Source: Candidatus Eiseniibacteriota bacterium (lineage in GTDB: Bacteria > Eisenbacteria > RBG-16-71-46 > CAVPCR01). Taken from it: a stretch of DNA of 64,000 nt. A program made the translations under genes and the position numbers. Each line of letters begins with the position of its first letter. The stretch's first letter is position 1. Positions 1 to 12,018 of the stretch are shown one piece after another. Under the pieces are notes generated by a model. The model saw only the letters and a list, made by a program, of their open reading frames with translations, was not told the DNA's origin and did no database searches. The DNA lies in assembly GCA_963823555.1 (NCBI GenBank), contig CAWGMA010000004.1:676570-740569 (forward strand), in the 5' to 3' direction.

Positions 1-159
1 CCCGTCCGGTAGTGGGGTCAGGCGGAGGCGCTGCGCGGTGAGCTGCAGAGTGGCATCTCCGCCCCGGCTCTTGTAATCTCCGCGACACCGATGGTGGCGT
101 CTTCCATCTCCCTGAGGCGCCGGCCCGATTCAATCCACCCTCACCCAGGGGGTCCCGGA

Positions 160-1950
160 ATGATCGAATTCGCTCGGCCCGGAACGCCGGCCGACGGCGG
201 CAAGCTCATCGTGATCACGGCGCCCTTGACCGAGATCGTCGACCATGCGGGCTACTTCATGCAGATGGCGATGGCGTCCTTGCCGATCTGGATGGAGCGT
301 GTCCTCGACAGCAAGTACCCGCAGTGGCGGGAGGTGGAACGGGAGAGCGACGGGTCGGCGCGCTACATGCCCGCCGGCGCCCGGCTGATCGAGAAGTCGC
401 TGCTCCGCGTCCATGATCGCGATGACATCGTCGTCTGCTTCCCCGAGGACTTGCCCAGGTTCATCGGCCCTCGAACCCGGGTCGTCGCCGTCAGCACCCA
501 CAACCCGCTCGGCGTGACCTTCGCCGCGGGTGTCTACACCTCGATCTTCGGCTCTTCGCGCTTGCCCATCAACTCCCACTACGCGCGCGAGATGTTCGCC
601 ACCATCAAGGCGAATCCTCATCGCAAGAACTTCAAGGTGATCGTGGGCGGCTCGGGCGCCTGGCAGATCATCCAGACCGAGACCTATGACGAGCTGGGAG
701 TGGATTGCGTGGTCGAGGGCCGGAGCGAATCGGCCGATACGCTCGCGCTCTTCGCGCGCGCCATCCGCGGCGAGGACTTGCCCCAGCGCATCGAGGTCGA
801 GCACCCCGTCGACCGCGACGCCATCCTCTTCCCGGACTCCCGGACCACCTTCGGCGTGGTGGAGCTGACCACGGGCTGCGGGCGCCGCTGCAACTTCTGC
901 GCGCCCGACCTGAACCCGCAGATCGATCTCCCCAAGGACAAGATCATGGACGCCGTCCGGGCCAATGTTCGGGACGGCAACAAGCAGATCTCGCTGGCCA
1001 CCGAGGACATGTTCATCTGGGGCCAGGTCGACACCGGGACGCCGTTCTTCTTTCCCAACCGTGAGGCCCTGCTCGATCTCTACGCCGACGTCGTCAACAC
1101 GCCCGGGGTCGAACAGCACCTCCTGAGCCACTGCACGATCGCGCCCGCCGTGGTGGATCCCCTCTTGATCCAGAAGCTATCGGAGCTCCTGTTGCCCAAG
1201 AGCCCGATCCATCTGCCGCTCCTCAGCACACACCCGAAGAAGAAGATCCTCTCGCCGTTGATCGGCCTCGAGACCGGCTCGGTGCGGATGGCCAGGAAGA
1301 TCATGCCGAGCAAGGCCGTCCCCTTCTCGATCGATGACTGGCCGAGCGTGGTGCTCGAGGGCTTGCGGGTCATGAACGCCAACAACTGGTTCCCGGCGAT
1401 GACCCTGATGGTCGGGAATCCCGGGGAGACCGATGACGACGTGAGCGCCACCCTCGACCTGGTGTACGAGATCGAGCGGCGGCGGCTCTTCGCGTTCCTC
1501 ATCCCCTCGATCTTCACCCCGCTCCAGGATACGCGGATGGAGCAGAAGCGCGGCGTCGACGAGAACCAGAAGCTGACCCCGCTCCAGTGGCAGCTGATGA
1601 TGAAGTGCTGGAAGATGAACCTGCGACCGGGCAACTACAGCTGGTGGGGGCCGATCGCCTGGCGGGTCGGCGCGATCGTGATGTGGCTCTACCGGCTCCG
1701 TCGCTTGAACGGCCCCAATTTCACCTGGCCCCTGTTGATGTTCTCCGGCGCCATCTCCGAGCGGGATCTGGCGCGCATGGGCAAGATCTACATCGGCAAG
1801 CCCCTGCGCACCAAGAGCCGGAAGGAACTCGTGGCCACGATCCGTCCCGCGCATCGCCGGCACCTGCGCGTCGACAACGGCGATCTACCGGAGGAGACCG
1901 CACCTCTCTCCATGACGATCAAGGCAGCTATCGCCCCCTCGGTGTCGTAG
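160..1950 (+). CDS. B12-binding-like radical SAM protein, resembling the GDGT ring synthase (Grs)-like family
   Basis: CxxxCxxC motif (CGRRCNFC); N-terminal Rossmann-like segments VAVSTHNPLG and KVIVGGSGAWQ; IGLETGSVRM..IMPSKAVPF...WP and MVGNPGET motifs. ATG at 160 preferred over 91. Confidence 0.75.
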   Translation: MIEFARPGTPADGGKLIVITAPLTEIVDHAGYFMQMAMASLPIWMERVLDSKYPQWREVERESDGSARYMPAGARLIEKSLLRVHDRDDIVVCFPEDLPRFIGPRTRVVAVSTHNPLGVTFAAGVYTSIFGSSRLPINSHYAREMFATIKANPHRKNFKVIVGGSGAWQIIQTETYDELGVDCVVEGRSESADTLALFARAIRGEDLPQRIEVEHPVDRDAILFPDSRTTFGVVELTTGCGRRCNFCAPDLNPQIDLPKDKIMDAVRANVRDGNKQISLATEDMFIWGQVDTGTPFFFPNREALLDLYADVVNTPGVEQHLLSHCTIAPAVVDPLLIQKLSELLLPKSPIHLPLLSTHPKKKILSPLIGLETGSVRMARKIMPSKAVPFSIDDWPSVVLEGLRVMNANNWFPAMTLMVGNPGETDDDVSATLDLVYEIERRRLFAFLIPSIFTPLQDTRMEQKRGVDENQKLTPLQWQLMMKCWKMNLRPGNYSWWGPIAWRVGAIVMWLYRLRRLNGPNFTWPLLMFSGAISERDLARMGKIYIGKPLRTKSRKELVATIRPAHRRHLRVDNGDLPEETAPLSMTIKAAIAPSVS

Positions 1951-1976
1951 GAGACGCGCAGGCTCCAGTGGGGATG

Positions 1977-2947
1977 CTAGCCTGAGCTGCCGGTCGCGCT
2001 CCCGTTCTCATCGAGCCAGCGGAGCAACTGGGAGATGCTCCCGAAGGCGAGCGCGATGCTCGTGTCCGCAGCGCCGTAGTAGAGGTTGATCGTGTCGCCG
2101 TCGGCGCCGAGCGTGTAGCCGCAGGGGAACGCGACGTTGCTCACGTCGCCGTGGCGCTCGTAGGACGCCTCGGGTCCGAAGATCCACGAATCGCCGCGCG
2201 AGATGCAGTGATCCGGCTTCTCCAGATCGAAGAGGGCAACACCGAGGCGGTATAGAGATCCAGCCGCCGTCTGTCGAACGCCGTGGTAGAGCATCAGCCA
2301 GCCTCGTGGCGTCTCGATGAGCGGCGGCGACAGCCCGACCTTGTTGGCGTCCCACCAGCCACCCCGGCGGGCCTGCAGGACCAGCTTGTGCCTTCCCCAG
2401 TTGCGGAGATCCGGCGAGTAGGAGATCCAGATGTGCGCCCCGGAGTCCGTCGTCGGGCGGTGCATGAGCGCGAAGTTGCCGTCGATGCGCCGCGGCAGCA
2501 GCGCGGCGTCCTTGTCGTCGGGCTGCATGACGAGGCCAAAGCGCTCGAAGTGCCGGAAGTCCGTCGGTCAGCGCGAGCGCCACACCCGGCCCGCCCTTGC
2601 TGAAGGCGGTGTAGGCGATGGCGTACTTGCCGAGTTCGTCGACGAACGTGATCCGCGGGTCCTCGATCCCCCACAGCTCCTCCGGATAGTTCTCGGGGTC
2701 GGGGCGCAGCGTCGGCTCGGCGTCGATGACCCATCCGTCGATGCCGTTGGCCGATCGCGCCGCACACAGGTGCGAGAGGCCCGAGCGGTCCTCCACCCGG
2801 CACAGCAAGCAGCGTCGTGCCGTCGTCGAGCTGAGTGGCGCCCGCGTTGAACACGGTGTGGGCCGGATAGGGCCAGTCGGCTGCGGTCAGGATCGGGTTC
2901 TTCTCGTGCCGGAGGAAGAACGTCTCGTACTTGTGCCCTGGCATCAT
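1977..2947 (-). CDS. GH130-family glycosidase/phosphorylase (frameshifted reads)
   Basis: Pieces across frames: RHEKNPIL, VFNAGA, WGIEDPRIT, DDKDAALLP, MHRP, GWLMLYHG, NVAFPCG, LYYGAADT. Confidence 0.85.
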
Positions 2948-5244
2948 CGCACGACCTCCATGGAAACCGCCTTGCGGATGACGTCGGCACGCTCGATCGA
3001 ACGCATGTCCACGAGAGCGAGCAGGAAGGAGAGGGTCGACTCCGCGCCCTGGTTCTCGTTGATGCGATCGGCGTGGAGCCCGTCACGACAGCCGCCCGTC
3101 GAGGCGTCGTAGAGCGCATGCTGCAACTGGTTCTGGCCCAGGAACCAGTCGAAAGCGCGGCGAGCGTTCTCGGCCCATGGACCTCCTCCGGTCACGTCGG
3201 TGCGCCTCGAGACACGCCGAGACCATCGCGCAGGCCTCGACGGGCTGCTGGTCGAACGACGCCCGCGGCGCTCCTCGCTCGTAGAAGCCGTTGGAGCCGA
3301 TCGGGGCGAAGTACCCGTCTGCGGAGCGCTGGATCGAGACCAGCCATTCGAGGGACCGCAGTCCCGCGCCGGTCATCTCCTCGTGCTCCATCCAGGACCC
3401 GGAAACGACGAGGGCCTGTGACAGTCGCGCGTTGCAGTAGGTGACGCGTTCTTCGAACCACGGCCAGTCGGGGGCGCTCGTGCGCCGGTACAGGTCGAGG
3501 AGCCGCTCCGCGAGCTCCTTGCCCATCGACTGCACGTTGCTGTCCCCCTGGAACGCTCGCAGGTACTCGTCGATGCCGAGGAGCGCGAACGCCCACGCCC
3601 GCGGACTGGTGAAGCCGGACACGGCGGGCAGGGCGGCGTGGAAGAGGTCGCCCCCGAGACTTCGCGTCCCCGGATCGCTGGCGCGGCCGACGACGGTCCC
3701 GAGCGCCCAGAGCGCGCGCCCGTGGCTGTCCTCCGAGCCGCACGCCTCGATCCACTGCCGGGAGTAGGACATGAAGTTTCTGAATCGTCCGGTGTTCTCG
3801 TCGAACGCATGGCTCACGAAGGCCAGGTAGCGCGAGGCGAGCGCGCGCACGGTCCGGGCGTCCTCGGTGCCCGCGTCCTCGAGGAGCGCCGTCAGGAGCA
3901 GCGCCCGCGCGTTGTCGTCGAGACAGTAGCCGTCGTCGTAGCGTGGGACGCTGAACATCGCGTGCTGGAGCATGCCGGTATCGTCGGTCATGAGGCGGAG
4001 GTGCTCGAGGTTGATCTCGGGCAGCTCGGCGGGGCGCTTGGCGAGCGTCCGCGCCTGGAACGAGGTCCGCCGCCGCTTGGCGTGCTCGATGCGCGCCCGC
4101 TCGAAACTCTCCGCGTAGCGGCGCGCGACCGCCGGCCAGCGCATGTCGCGACCGTGGGCGGCGCCGCGCTCCTGCAAGGCGAGCCTCCTGGCGTCATCGC
4201 CGAGCAGCCCGATGACCTCGCGGGCGATCGCCGCGGCGTCCCCCCAGGGGACGAGGATCCCGCGCCCGTCGGCGAGGAGCTCACGCGCGTAGAGGTAGGG
4301 GGTGGAGATCACGGCCTTCCCGGAGCCGAGCGCGTAGGCCAGCGTTCCCGACGTGATCTGCTCCGGCTTGAGGTACGGCGTGATGTAGATGTCCGCCGCG
4401 GAGAGGAACTCGTGAGCTCGTCCTGGCTCACGAAGCGGTTGTGGAAGATCATGCTGGAATCCACGCCGAGCTTCCGCGCGCGGTTCTCGAGCATGATCCG
4501 GTAGGTTTCGCCGTGCCGCTCCTTGACGTGCGGATGCGTGGCGCCGAGCACGATGTAGACCGTGTCGGGGTAGCGCTCGAGGATCGCCGGCAGCGCGTCG
4601 ATGACGTGCTCGATCCCCTTGTCCGGCGAGAGCAGCCCGAACGTGAGGATCACCGATTTGCCCTCGACGCCGAGCCGGTTCTTGCTGTCGCCGGCGAGCG
4701 GGCACGTCGGGATGCCGTGCGGGATGAGGTCGATCTTGTGGTCCGGCACGCCGTGCACCTCGCGGAGCAGCTCGGCGCCGTGCGCGCTCATGACGACGAG
4801 GCGTTCCGAGAGTCGCGATCAGCTCGTCCATGGCGTGGCGCTGCTAGAGGATCGGGTGCGGCGAGGATCGTGTGGAGCGTCGTCACGATCGGCATGCGCA
4901 GCTCGCGCAGCAGCGCGAGCACGTGGCTGCCGGCCTTGCCGCCGAAGATCCCGTACTCGTGCTGCACGGACACGAGTCGACCATGTTCACGTTCAGGAAG
5001 TCGGCCGCGCGCCGGTACGACGCGATGTCGTTCTCCTCGATCTCGAAGCGAACCCGCGCGGGGTACGCGTGATGCCTGCCGGCGTCGTTCATCGCCAGCA
5101 CGAAGCACTCGAGCGCCGGGAACTCGGTGCTCGATCGCCTCGCTCAGATCGCGTCGTGAAGGTCGCGATCCCGCACTGGCGCGGCAGGTGATTGCCGAGC
5201 ATGGCGATTCTGCGGATGGCCCCGCCGGCGGTCAGTGGATCCAT
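2944..5244 (-). CDS. GT4 glycosyltransferase fused to a C-terminal alpha/alpha-toroid (six-hairpin-like) domain (frameshifted)
   Basis: GNHLPRQCGIATFT, VQHEYGIFGG, TFGLLSPDKGIE, QITSGTLAYA, then TDDTGMLQHA..GYCLDDNARAL, FDQQPVEA, NQGAESTL. Overlaps the GH130 start. Confidence 0.85.
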
Positions 5245-5616
5245 GTTCGCTCCGATCGAGCGCCATCGTGGTAGAGGGCGTGCGTGCCGTCGGCGCGAGG
5301 CTCTCGATCTCGTGTCTGCGCCGAGTCAAGATGGGATCGAGTGCTTCCTCGGCCCATTGGCGATTCCATCTTGGGGATGGGACAATTCGCGGACTGATGA
5401 CCTGCCCCCAGTGTGTGGTCTCGTGAGCAGGACTATACACGTTCCCGTAGCTTGCCGGGAGGGAATCAACTTCGGCGAGCATCCACGGTGGGGAAGTGCG
5501 AGGGTGATACCGTTCGCGGCGTCAGACGTCTGGAGCGCCCACCTGCCGGCTGTGCGATCGGCAGGCCGGTAGTGCCGAGGGAGTGAATGCGTCATATGTC
5601 CCCGTGCGTGTGAGTG

Positions 5617-5625
5617 TGATAGAAT
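5617..5625 (+). promoter_or_regulatory. Putative extended -10 promoter (TGnTAGAAT)
   Basis: TGATAGAAT about 75 bp upstream of ATG 5699 in a GC-rich background. Confidence 0.35.
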
Positions 5626-5698
5626 GGCATCAAAGCAACCGGCGCAAGCAAAAGGCCCCGCCGGACCTCATGAGCCAGCCCCCTGCACGGAATTTCCA

Positions 5699-7300
5699 AT
5701 GTCGAACGGCAACCGAACCCTCTCCCTCTGCTTCCTCCTGGCGCTCATGGCCTGGGGCGGCGCCGCCTCCGCGCAGTGCATGCTCGCCAACCCGAGCTTC
5801 GAGATCCCCGGCACCGGCGGCATGCGCTTCGGCGGGTGGAACCAGTTCGGATCCGTGGGCTCGTCCGCCGATGCCACGCACGGCGCGGTCGCGGCCCGGG
5901 TGTCCGGCCCCAATCAGGGCGGCTGGGATGTCTCGGGGTTCTGGCAGCGCCTGGATTCGGCTCCCGGCGAGCGGTGGACCGCTTCGGTCAAGGCCTGGCA
6001 CACGCCGACCCGCCCGCTCACCGGGCAGTCGGTGGCGATCCTCAACATCGAGTGGAGAAGCTCGAGCGGCGCCCTGATCGACTACGAGTCCCACGCGGTG
6101 GCCAGCGCCTCGACCCCCCTCGACGAGATCCAGCTCTTCACGGTGGAGAGCGGGCCGGCGCCCGCGGGCACCGCCGCCGCGCACTTCCTTCTCGGCGTCC
6201 TGCAGAGCCCCACCGATCCAGTGCCGGATGTCTACTACGACGAGGCCACCTTCGACAATCTGGGTCCTCCCACGCTCGATGAGAAGCAGTGGTTCGACTT
6301 TCCCGGCGGGCGGACCGTCGACTTCAGCGGTCGCATCTGGCGCGTGAAGGGGCCCGGCTACTACGGCCCGGGCCCGAACCTCTTCAGCGACGCGCCGAGC
6401 TCGGTCTGGGTGGACGTGGAAGGCAGGTTGCACTTGACGATCCGGCGCATCGCCAGCTCCTGGTACAGCACGGAGGTGGCTCTCGAGGAAGCGCTGGGCT
6501 ACGGCGACTACATCTTCACGACCCGCGGGCGGCTCGATGAGCTCCATCCCAATGTCGTCCTCGGCCTCTTCCTGTGGCAATACGGGGCGTGCTACGACCC
6601 GGCCTATCTGTGGTGGAACCCCCACAACGAGATCGACGTGGAGTTCAGCCGGTGGGGGCAGCCGGGGATCGATGGGGCGCAGTTCGTCGCCCAGCCCTTC
6701 GACTACCCGGGGAACATCAACCGCTTCAGCGTCACATTCAGCGCCGACGAGCTCACGAGCCACGCGTTCAACTGGCTCCCCGATCGGGTCGAGTACCGGA
6801 GCTGGCGCGGCGGTCCCGGAGACGAATCGCCCACGAGCCTGATCCACGCCTGGACGTATCGCGGTCCGCACATCCCGCGACCGGAGCAGCCGCGGGTGCA
6901 CATGAACCTCTGGCAGTTCGAGGCCCCGCCGAGCACCGATCAGGAAGTCGTGATCGACGAATTCACCTTCACCCCGGCGGGCAGTCCCAGCGGTCTTGCC
7001 GATGTGGAGCCGGCGCCTGCCGCCGCGGTCGCTCTCCACCCGGCGCGACCGAATCCGTTCAATCCCTCGACAACGATCAGCTACAGCGTGGCGCACTCCG
7101 CGCACGCGGAGCTCGTGATCTACGATGTCAGGGGGAGGCTCGTGCGCGCGCTCTGGCGCGGAACGGTCCCGGCGGGGCGGCACGAAGTGATCTGGGATGG
7201 CCGGGATGACTCGGGGGCCCGGGCCGCATCCGGGGTCTACGCTTGTCAGCTTCGCGTCGGCACGGTCGAGGAGACGAGACAGCTCGTCCTCTTGAAGTAA
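5699..7300 (+). CDS. Secreted GH16-like glycoside hydrolase: CBM-like domain + GH16 + FlgD-Ig CTD
   Basis: Signal peptide (..GAASA|QC); LANPSFE CBM-like start; EIDVEFSRW catalytic motif; PNPFNPSTTI..WDGRDDSG..ASGVY CTD. Confidence 0.75.
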   Translation: MSNGNRTLSLCFLLALMAWGGAASAQCMLANPSFEIPGTGGMRFGGWNQFGSVGSSADATHGAVAARVSGPNQGGWDVSGFWQRLDSAPGERWTASVKAWHTPTRPLTGQSVAILNIEWRSSSGALIDYESHAVASASTPLDEIQLFTVESGPAPAGTAAAHFLLGVLQSPTDPVPDVYYDEATFDNLGPPTLDEKQWFDFPGGRTVDFSGRIWRVKGPGYYGPGPNLFSDAPSSVWVDVEGRLHLTIRRIASSWYSTEVALEEALGYGDYIFTTRGRLDELHPNVVLGLFLWQYGACYDPAYLWWNPHNEIDVEFSRWGQPGIDGAQFVAQPFDYPGNINRFSVTFSADELTSHAFNWLPDRVEYRSWRGGPGDESPTSLIHAWTYRGPHIPRPEQPRVHMNLWQFEAPPSTDQEVVIDEFTFTPAGSPSGLADVEPAPAAAVALHPARPNPFNPSTTISYSVAHSAHAELVIYDVRGRLVRALWRGTVPAGRHEVIWDGRDDSGARAASGVYACQLRVGTVEETRQLVLLK

Positions 7301-7321
7301 GAACCTGGCACCCGGCCGCCC

Positions 7322-10300
7322 TCAGAAGCGACACAGCGCGTCGTCGGGCACGGTGACCTCGATCTGCGCGATGCCCCCACACCTCGCGAGGAGCGCCTGG
7401 CTGGTCTCTGGATCGAGCTCGTCGCCGGCGACTTCGCGGATCTCCCCATCGCTGCCGGTGATGCGGATCGCCGCGACGTTACGGCTCCGCCTGTAGATGA
7501 TGGGTACCTGGCAGAAGGTGAAGGCGAGCCCATCCGCCGGCACCTCGATCGAGATCGGATGCCCCTCGAGGTCATGGAACCGGGCGCGCCCGCCCTCCCG
7601 CCGGAACTCGCTTGCCCGGAGCAGCACCGGCTGAAAGCTCACCACGCCATCCGCTGCGCGCACGCCCAGCTCCCCGAATCGGGTCAGGATCTCCTCCTTG
7701 ACCTGTCCCGTCATGCCCGGTTGCTGCGCCCCGGCGTGCGCGGGGGTATGGGAGTAGGGGTCGGTGGGGAAGGCGCCGTATTCGCCGACGCGTCTTCTCG
7801 AAGCCGAGGCCGGAGCGGATGCGATAGTAGAAGCCGACCAGCGCCTCCTGACGTCGCGCTCGACTCCTCCTCGTGGATCGGCCCGCAGGGCTACCTCCTG
7901 CACCGCGAGCAGGAGCTTCGCCACCATGTGCCAGTAGATGCAGCCCAGGCCTTCGTAGCCGTACATGGTGCCCGAGCGGCCGGTGAAGGACCGGTGATCG
8001 AAGACCGCCTCGAAGACATCGAGGACGGCCTGGCGATCCCGCGTCACCGCCAGCGCCCAGCGCTCCTCCTCGGCGAGCCGATCCAGGGCTGCGGCGACAT
8101 CGAGCGCATTGCGGAAATCGCTGTTGAAGCGGTAGATGCCGAGCGGCATCCCGCGCCAGGATCGAGCGCTCTCCCGCCGCGATCAGGTCGCGGAGGAGCG
8201 GCACCGCCAGGACGCGCTCCGGCGGAACCACGTTCGCGATCGAGGAACTCCGGCAACTCCCGGGCCGGATAGAGGAGGAAGCTCCGCTGGTCCTTCCGGT
8301 AGAGCTTGCTCTTGAAGAGGATCGAGAGAAGACGTGCCGCCTCCTCCGGGTCCACGACGCCGGAGCTCAACGCCGCCACCTGACCTTCGAGCATCTCGTA
8401 GAGCGGGCGGATGCCGGCCGCCGACCCATCGGGGGCCATCACCAGCAGGTTGTAGGCGTGGTAGAGCCCGTCGGCGCGCCGATTGGCGCGGATCGCATGG
8501 TCGATGAAGGCGAGAGCATGCGCGAGGAGCTCCTCGATCTCCGCCGTTTCCAGCTCCTCCTTGCCCGAGAAACCGCTCCGGTACACCGTCTCCCGATAGG
8601 CGGAGAACGCCTCGCCCAGGGCGTCCAGCACCTGCTTCCGATCGCGGTCTTCGAGCGCCGCTGAACCGAGGAGCGGGCGGCTCTCCGCCATGATCACGCC
8701 GAGTCGCCGCAACCACGCCGCGACCTCGGTCGAGATCGCGACCGTGTCGCCGTCGAGATCCGCGAGAAGCTCGGCCACGAAGCGGAGATAGCGCCGCAGG
8801 TAGCACAGGGTCACCACCGAGAGTCCATGCCCGACCAGCGCATTGTTGGCGTCGTTCCACTCGGGTCGCTGGGTGTTCATCCAGATGCCGCCGTCGGGAA
8901 CGAGGTTCGACAGCTTCGAGAGCGCCGGGAGGAGGAGCTTCTCGACGAGGTTGACGCGGTAGATCGTGCCGTCCCGATCGGGAAGGAGCTTGCCATCGGC
9001 GCCGATGGCGCGGACACGCTCCTCGATCCGCGCCGCCAGCTCCGTGTCGAAGACGATGGTGTGGTGCGGATCGGCGAGGATCTCCCGGTACGGCTTCAAT
9101 CGGTAGGGAACATCGGCAAAGGAGAAGATCTCGCGCGTGAGGAGGCCTTCGAGCGCGCCGGGGGAGACCCGCACCAGCGCCTCGATCAGCTTGAGCAGGT
9201 AGATGATCTGATGGTCGCCCCAGTATCCGATGTTGCTCCACGGGTCGTCCGGATCGACGGTCTCCCAGTCCATCCCGTCGGAGGTGACCCGATAGGGATT
9301 GAAGCCATCGATCGTCGACATGTTGACGAACTTGGTGACGAAGCTCGGGAGGAACATCGGGAAACTGAGGCTCAGGGCTTCCCAGTTCTGGAAGATGTCA
9401 CGCCAGTTGCCCTCGTAGTAGGAGCGCGCGCGTGCCGTCCTCGTTCTTGACCCGGATCTCGAACCGGTTCCAGGGACGGCTGGGGTCGCCATGGCGCCGT
9501 CCGAAGTAGAGCGGCAGGTACTCCCGGCTCAGTCGTTCGAGATCCGAGTCCCCCGTGCTGTCGGCCGCGCGGAGGAGATCGGCCAGCGCGATCTCCGCGG
9601 GGAGCGAAGCGACGAGAGCCTGATGGCGGTCCGCCACCGACCGCTGGCGCCGGCGCAGGAACCGGAGGAAATCCGCCGTCGGGATCCGGTCGTTGTCGGC
9701 GAACACCCCGCCTCGCATGTTGTTGAAGAGAACGTTGGCGAAGTGATGGGCACTCGCCTCGCGATGGGCCGTGAACTCGAGCCCGTCGGCGCTGGCGACG
9801 ATCCGGCACAGGTTGTCGGAGGCCTGGTCGAGACTGTTCTCGATCGCCTCGTCGAGGCGGTGTTGGGTGAGGAGCCGGGCGCGAAGCGCCGCCAGCTCGA
9901 TGTGGTCCGAGACCCGCATCGGCGACGAGGTGCCACCGGGCTCCGGCGCCAGGCTCGAGATCGAGCGCAGCGGTGGCCAGGTAGTTGCCCCGCCTCCCGG
10001 TCAGGAGGTTCTCGGAGCGGAGGCGCTCGCCGCGGCGAAAGGCCTCGACCGCGTCGGCCGAGACGAGGATGGCGGCGTCGTCGAGCCCGGCACACCAGAC
10101 CGCGTTCGCCCGGAGCTCCTCCGAGGCCTCGGCTCGATCCACGATGCGCGACGTGAGGGAGAAGATCCCGAGTCCGGTCTCCAGGTCGCAGTCCACCCGC
10201 TTGTAGGCGTCGACGAGACTGCTCGATCCCTGCTGCAGGGCGAGCGGCACGCCGTGGGGCATCACATTGCGGAGGCCGTCGAGGAGGGAGACTCGAGCCG

Positions 10301-10794
10301 GTCGCGAGTCGAGATTCTCGATCATCGCCGTCCGCACGAGCCCGAAGGCGTCACATGCCGACCAGCGGTAGCGGAAGGCGAGCCGGAGGTCGTGGTTGAC
10401 CTCCTCGAAGACGAGTCGATTGCCGAGCGTGTTCTTGTAGAGATTCCGCTCGACGCTGAAATCGCCCCCGCAGGTGTCGGCGAAGGGTTGCCAGAGGGTG
10501 GTCGTGCGCTGGTCGCGGCGGACCCGGAACAGGGTGATCGGCCCGGTGTGGTGGTGAGCGTGGTGGAGCTTGTCGACCGTCTCGTAGGGGAAGAGGCACC
10601 CATCCGGCATCGATCCGGCCTGCGGTCAGGCCGCCGCCGGAGGAGATGAACATCCACAGATCGGTATCGCTGGGGATGCTCATCAGGAAGGAGGGCATCA
10701 GGTGATAGGAGGAGATCCGATAGGACTCCTCGCCATCCACCGTCGTGAACTCGCCGGTTGGTTCGGAGATGCCGCTGACTACGGTCGTCGCCAT
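7322..10794 (-). CDS. GH149-like beta-1,3-glucan phosphorylase (frameshifted)
   Basis: About 1150 codons with LWMFISSGGGLTAGR, GRRHGDPSRPWN, YEGNWRDIFQNWEAL, WMNTQRPEWNDANNAL, FTGRSGTMYGYEGLGCIYWHM, YGAFPTDPYSHTP and QQPGMTGQVKE. Confidence 0.8.
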
Positions 10795-10971
10795 AGCTGC
10801 TCGAGTTCCGGCGAGTCGTCGCGGATCATCATCGCGAGGGCACGAGGGTCCCACCGCGCCGCGACATCGCGCCCGATACGAGCTGCGCCTCAGGCCGACT
10901 GAGGCGCAGCTTCTCGTGTCCGCGATTCTCGCGCCGGCCTCCGGCGGCCAGGGAGCCGCCGGCCGGCGTCG

Positions 10972-11886
10972 TCACTTGATCAACGTCATGCTGCGCGATG
11001 ACCGGCCGAGCGGCGTCTCGAGCACGTAGTGGTAGACGCCGGCAGCAGCCGGAGAGCCGTTGGCCATCTTGCCGTTCCAGGTCGCCTGATGGGGACCGGC
11101 ATCGAGCTGGCCCTCGAGCAACGTGATGACGAGGCGGCCGCCAACGTCGTAGATGCTGAGATCCACCGCGCTCTGCTCCGTGAGGTCGAAGCGAATGAGC
11201 GTGGCCGGATTGAAGGGATTCGGCACGTTCGGGTGCAGGACGAGCGACTGGGGCGCCGGCGCCGGAGCGTCGGACACGCCGATCACGAGTTCCTGCAACG
11301 AGGCGTCGTCCCAGAAGATCGATCCGCTCTGGGCGCCGTCGATGTCGACCTTGACGATGACGGCGTGGACCGTGGCCGTGTTGGGCGGCGCCGGAGCCGT
11401 GCCGCAACCGAGCAGCGTCCACTCATCCTGCGGCGTGGTGGCATCGATCAGGTTCGACTCGAAGATGTCGACGCCGAACAGGCCGCCGGCAGCCAGCTGG
11501 CCGCTCGCGTCCCGGAACTCGATCTTGTAGACGCCGAAGTCGACATCATCGATCGGGTCGGTGCTCGAGTTCATGGCCCAGACCTCGCCGTTCCAGGTCT
11601 CGCCGGGTTCGGCAGGCAGTGCTTGGGTGCCGCCCGAGCCGCCCGCGGGAACGAAGGGGCCGAAGGTCTTCAAGCACTGCGCTCCGGAGCGGAACAGGGT
11701 GGCCGTCGTGAAGACGTTGTTGAAGGTGTCCCAGTCGGCGGTGCCGGGCACATCGCCGCCCGAGGCATCCGGCGCCTCGAAACCGGGATTCAAGAGCTGG
11801 GCGGATGCCTCTCCGCCCACTCCCACGAGGAATAGAGTCCCTGCGACCATGACGCAGCCCCAGACCAGGGTCCTTGTGAAGGACAT
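10972..11886 (-). CDS. Secreted non-catalytic CBM/galactose-binding-like protein with FlgD-Ig CTD
   Basis: Signal ..EASA|QLLNPGFE; C-terminal PNPFNPATLIRF..WNGK..AAGVY. Confidence 0.7.
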   Translation of the reverse strand: MSFTRTLVWGCVMVAGTLFLVGVGGEASAQLLNPGFEAPDASGGDVPGTADWDTFNNVFTTATLFRSGAQCLKTFGPFVPAGGSGGTQALPAEPGETWNGEVWAMNSSTDPIDDVDFGVYKIEFRDASGQLAAGGLFGVDIFESNLIDATTPQDEWTLLGCGTAPAPPNTATVHAVIVKVDIDGAQSGSIFWDDASLQELVIGVSDAPAPAPQSLVLHPNVPNPFNPATLIRFDLTEQSAVDLSIYDVGGRLVITLLEGQLDAGPHQATWNGKMANGSPAAAGVYHYVLETPLGRSSRSMTLIK

Positions 11887-12018
11887 GGCGCGCTCTCCTT
11901 TCATGCCTCCGGTCGCGACATCCCGACGCCGGCGCTGCTGCTCGCGCCGGGCCCCAGGGTAGCCCCCGGAGGATCGGGGGCACCCTGGATGGATTCGAAA
12001 CCGGCTAGGGGCGATCGA

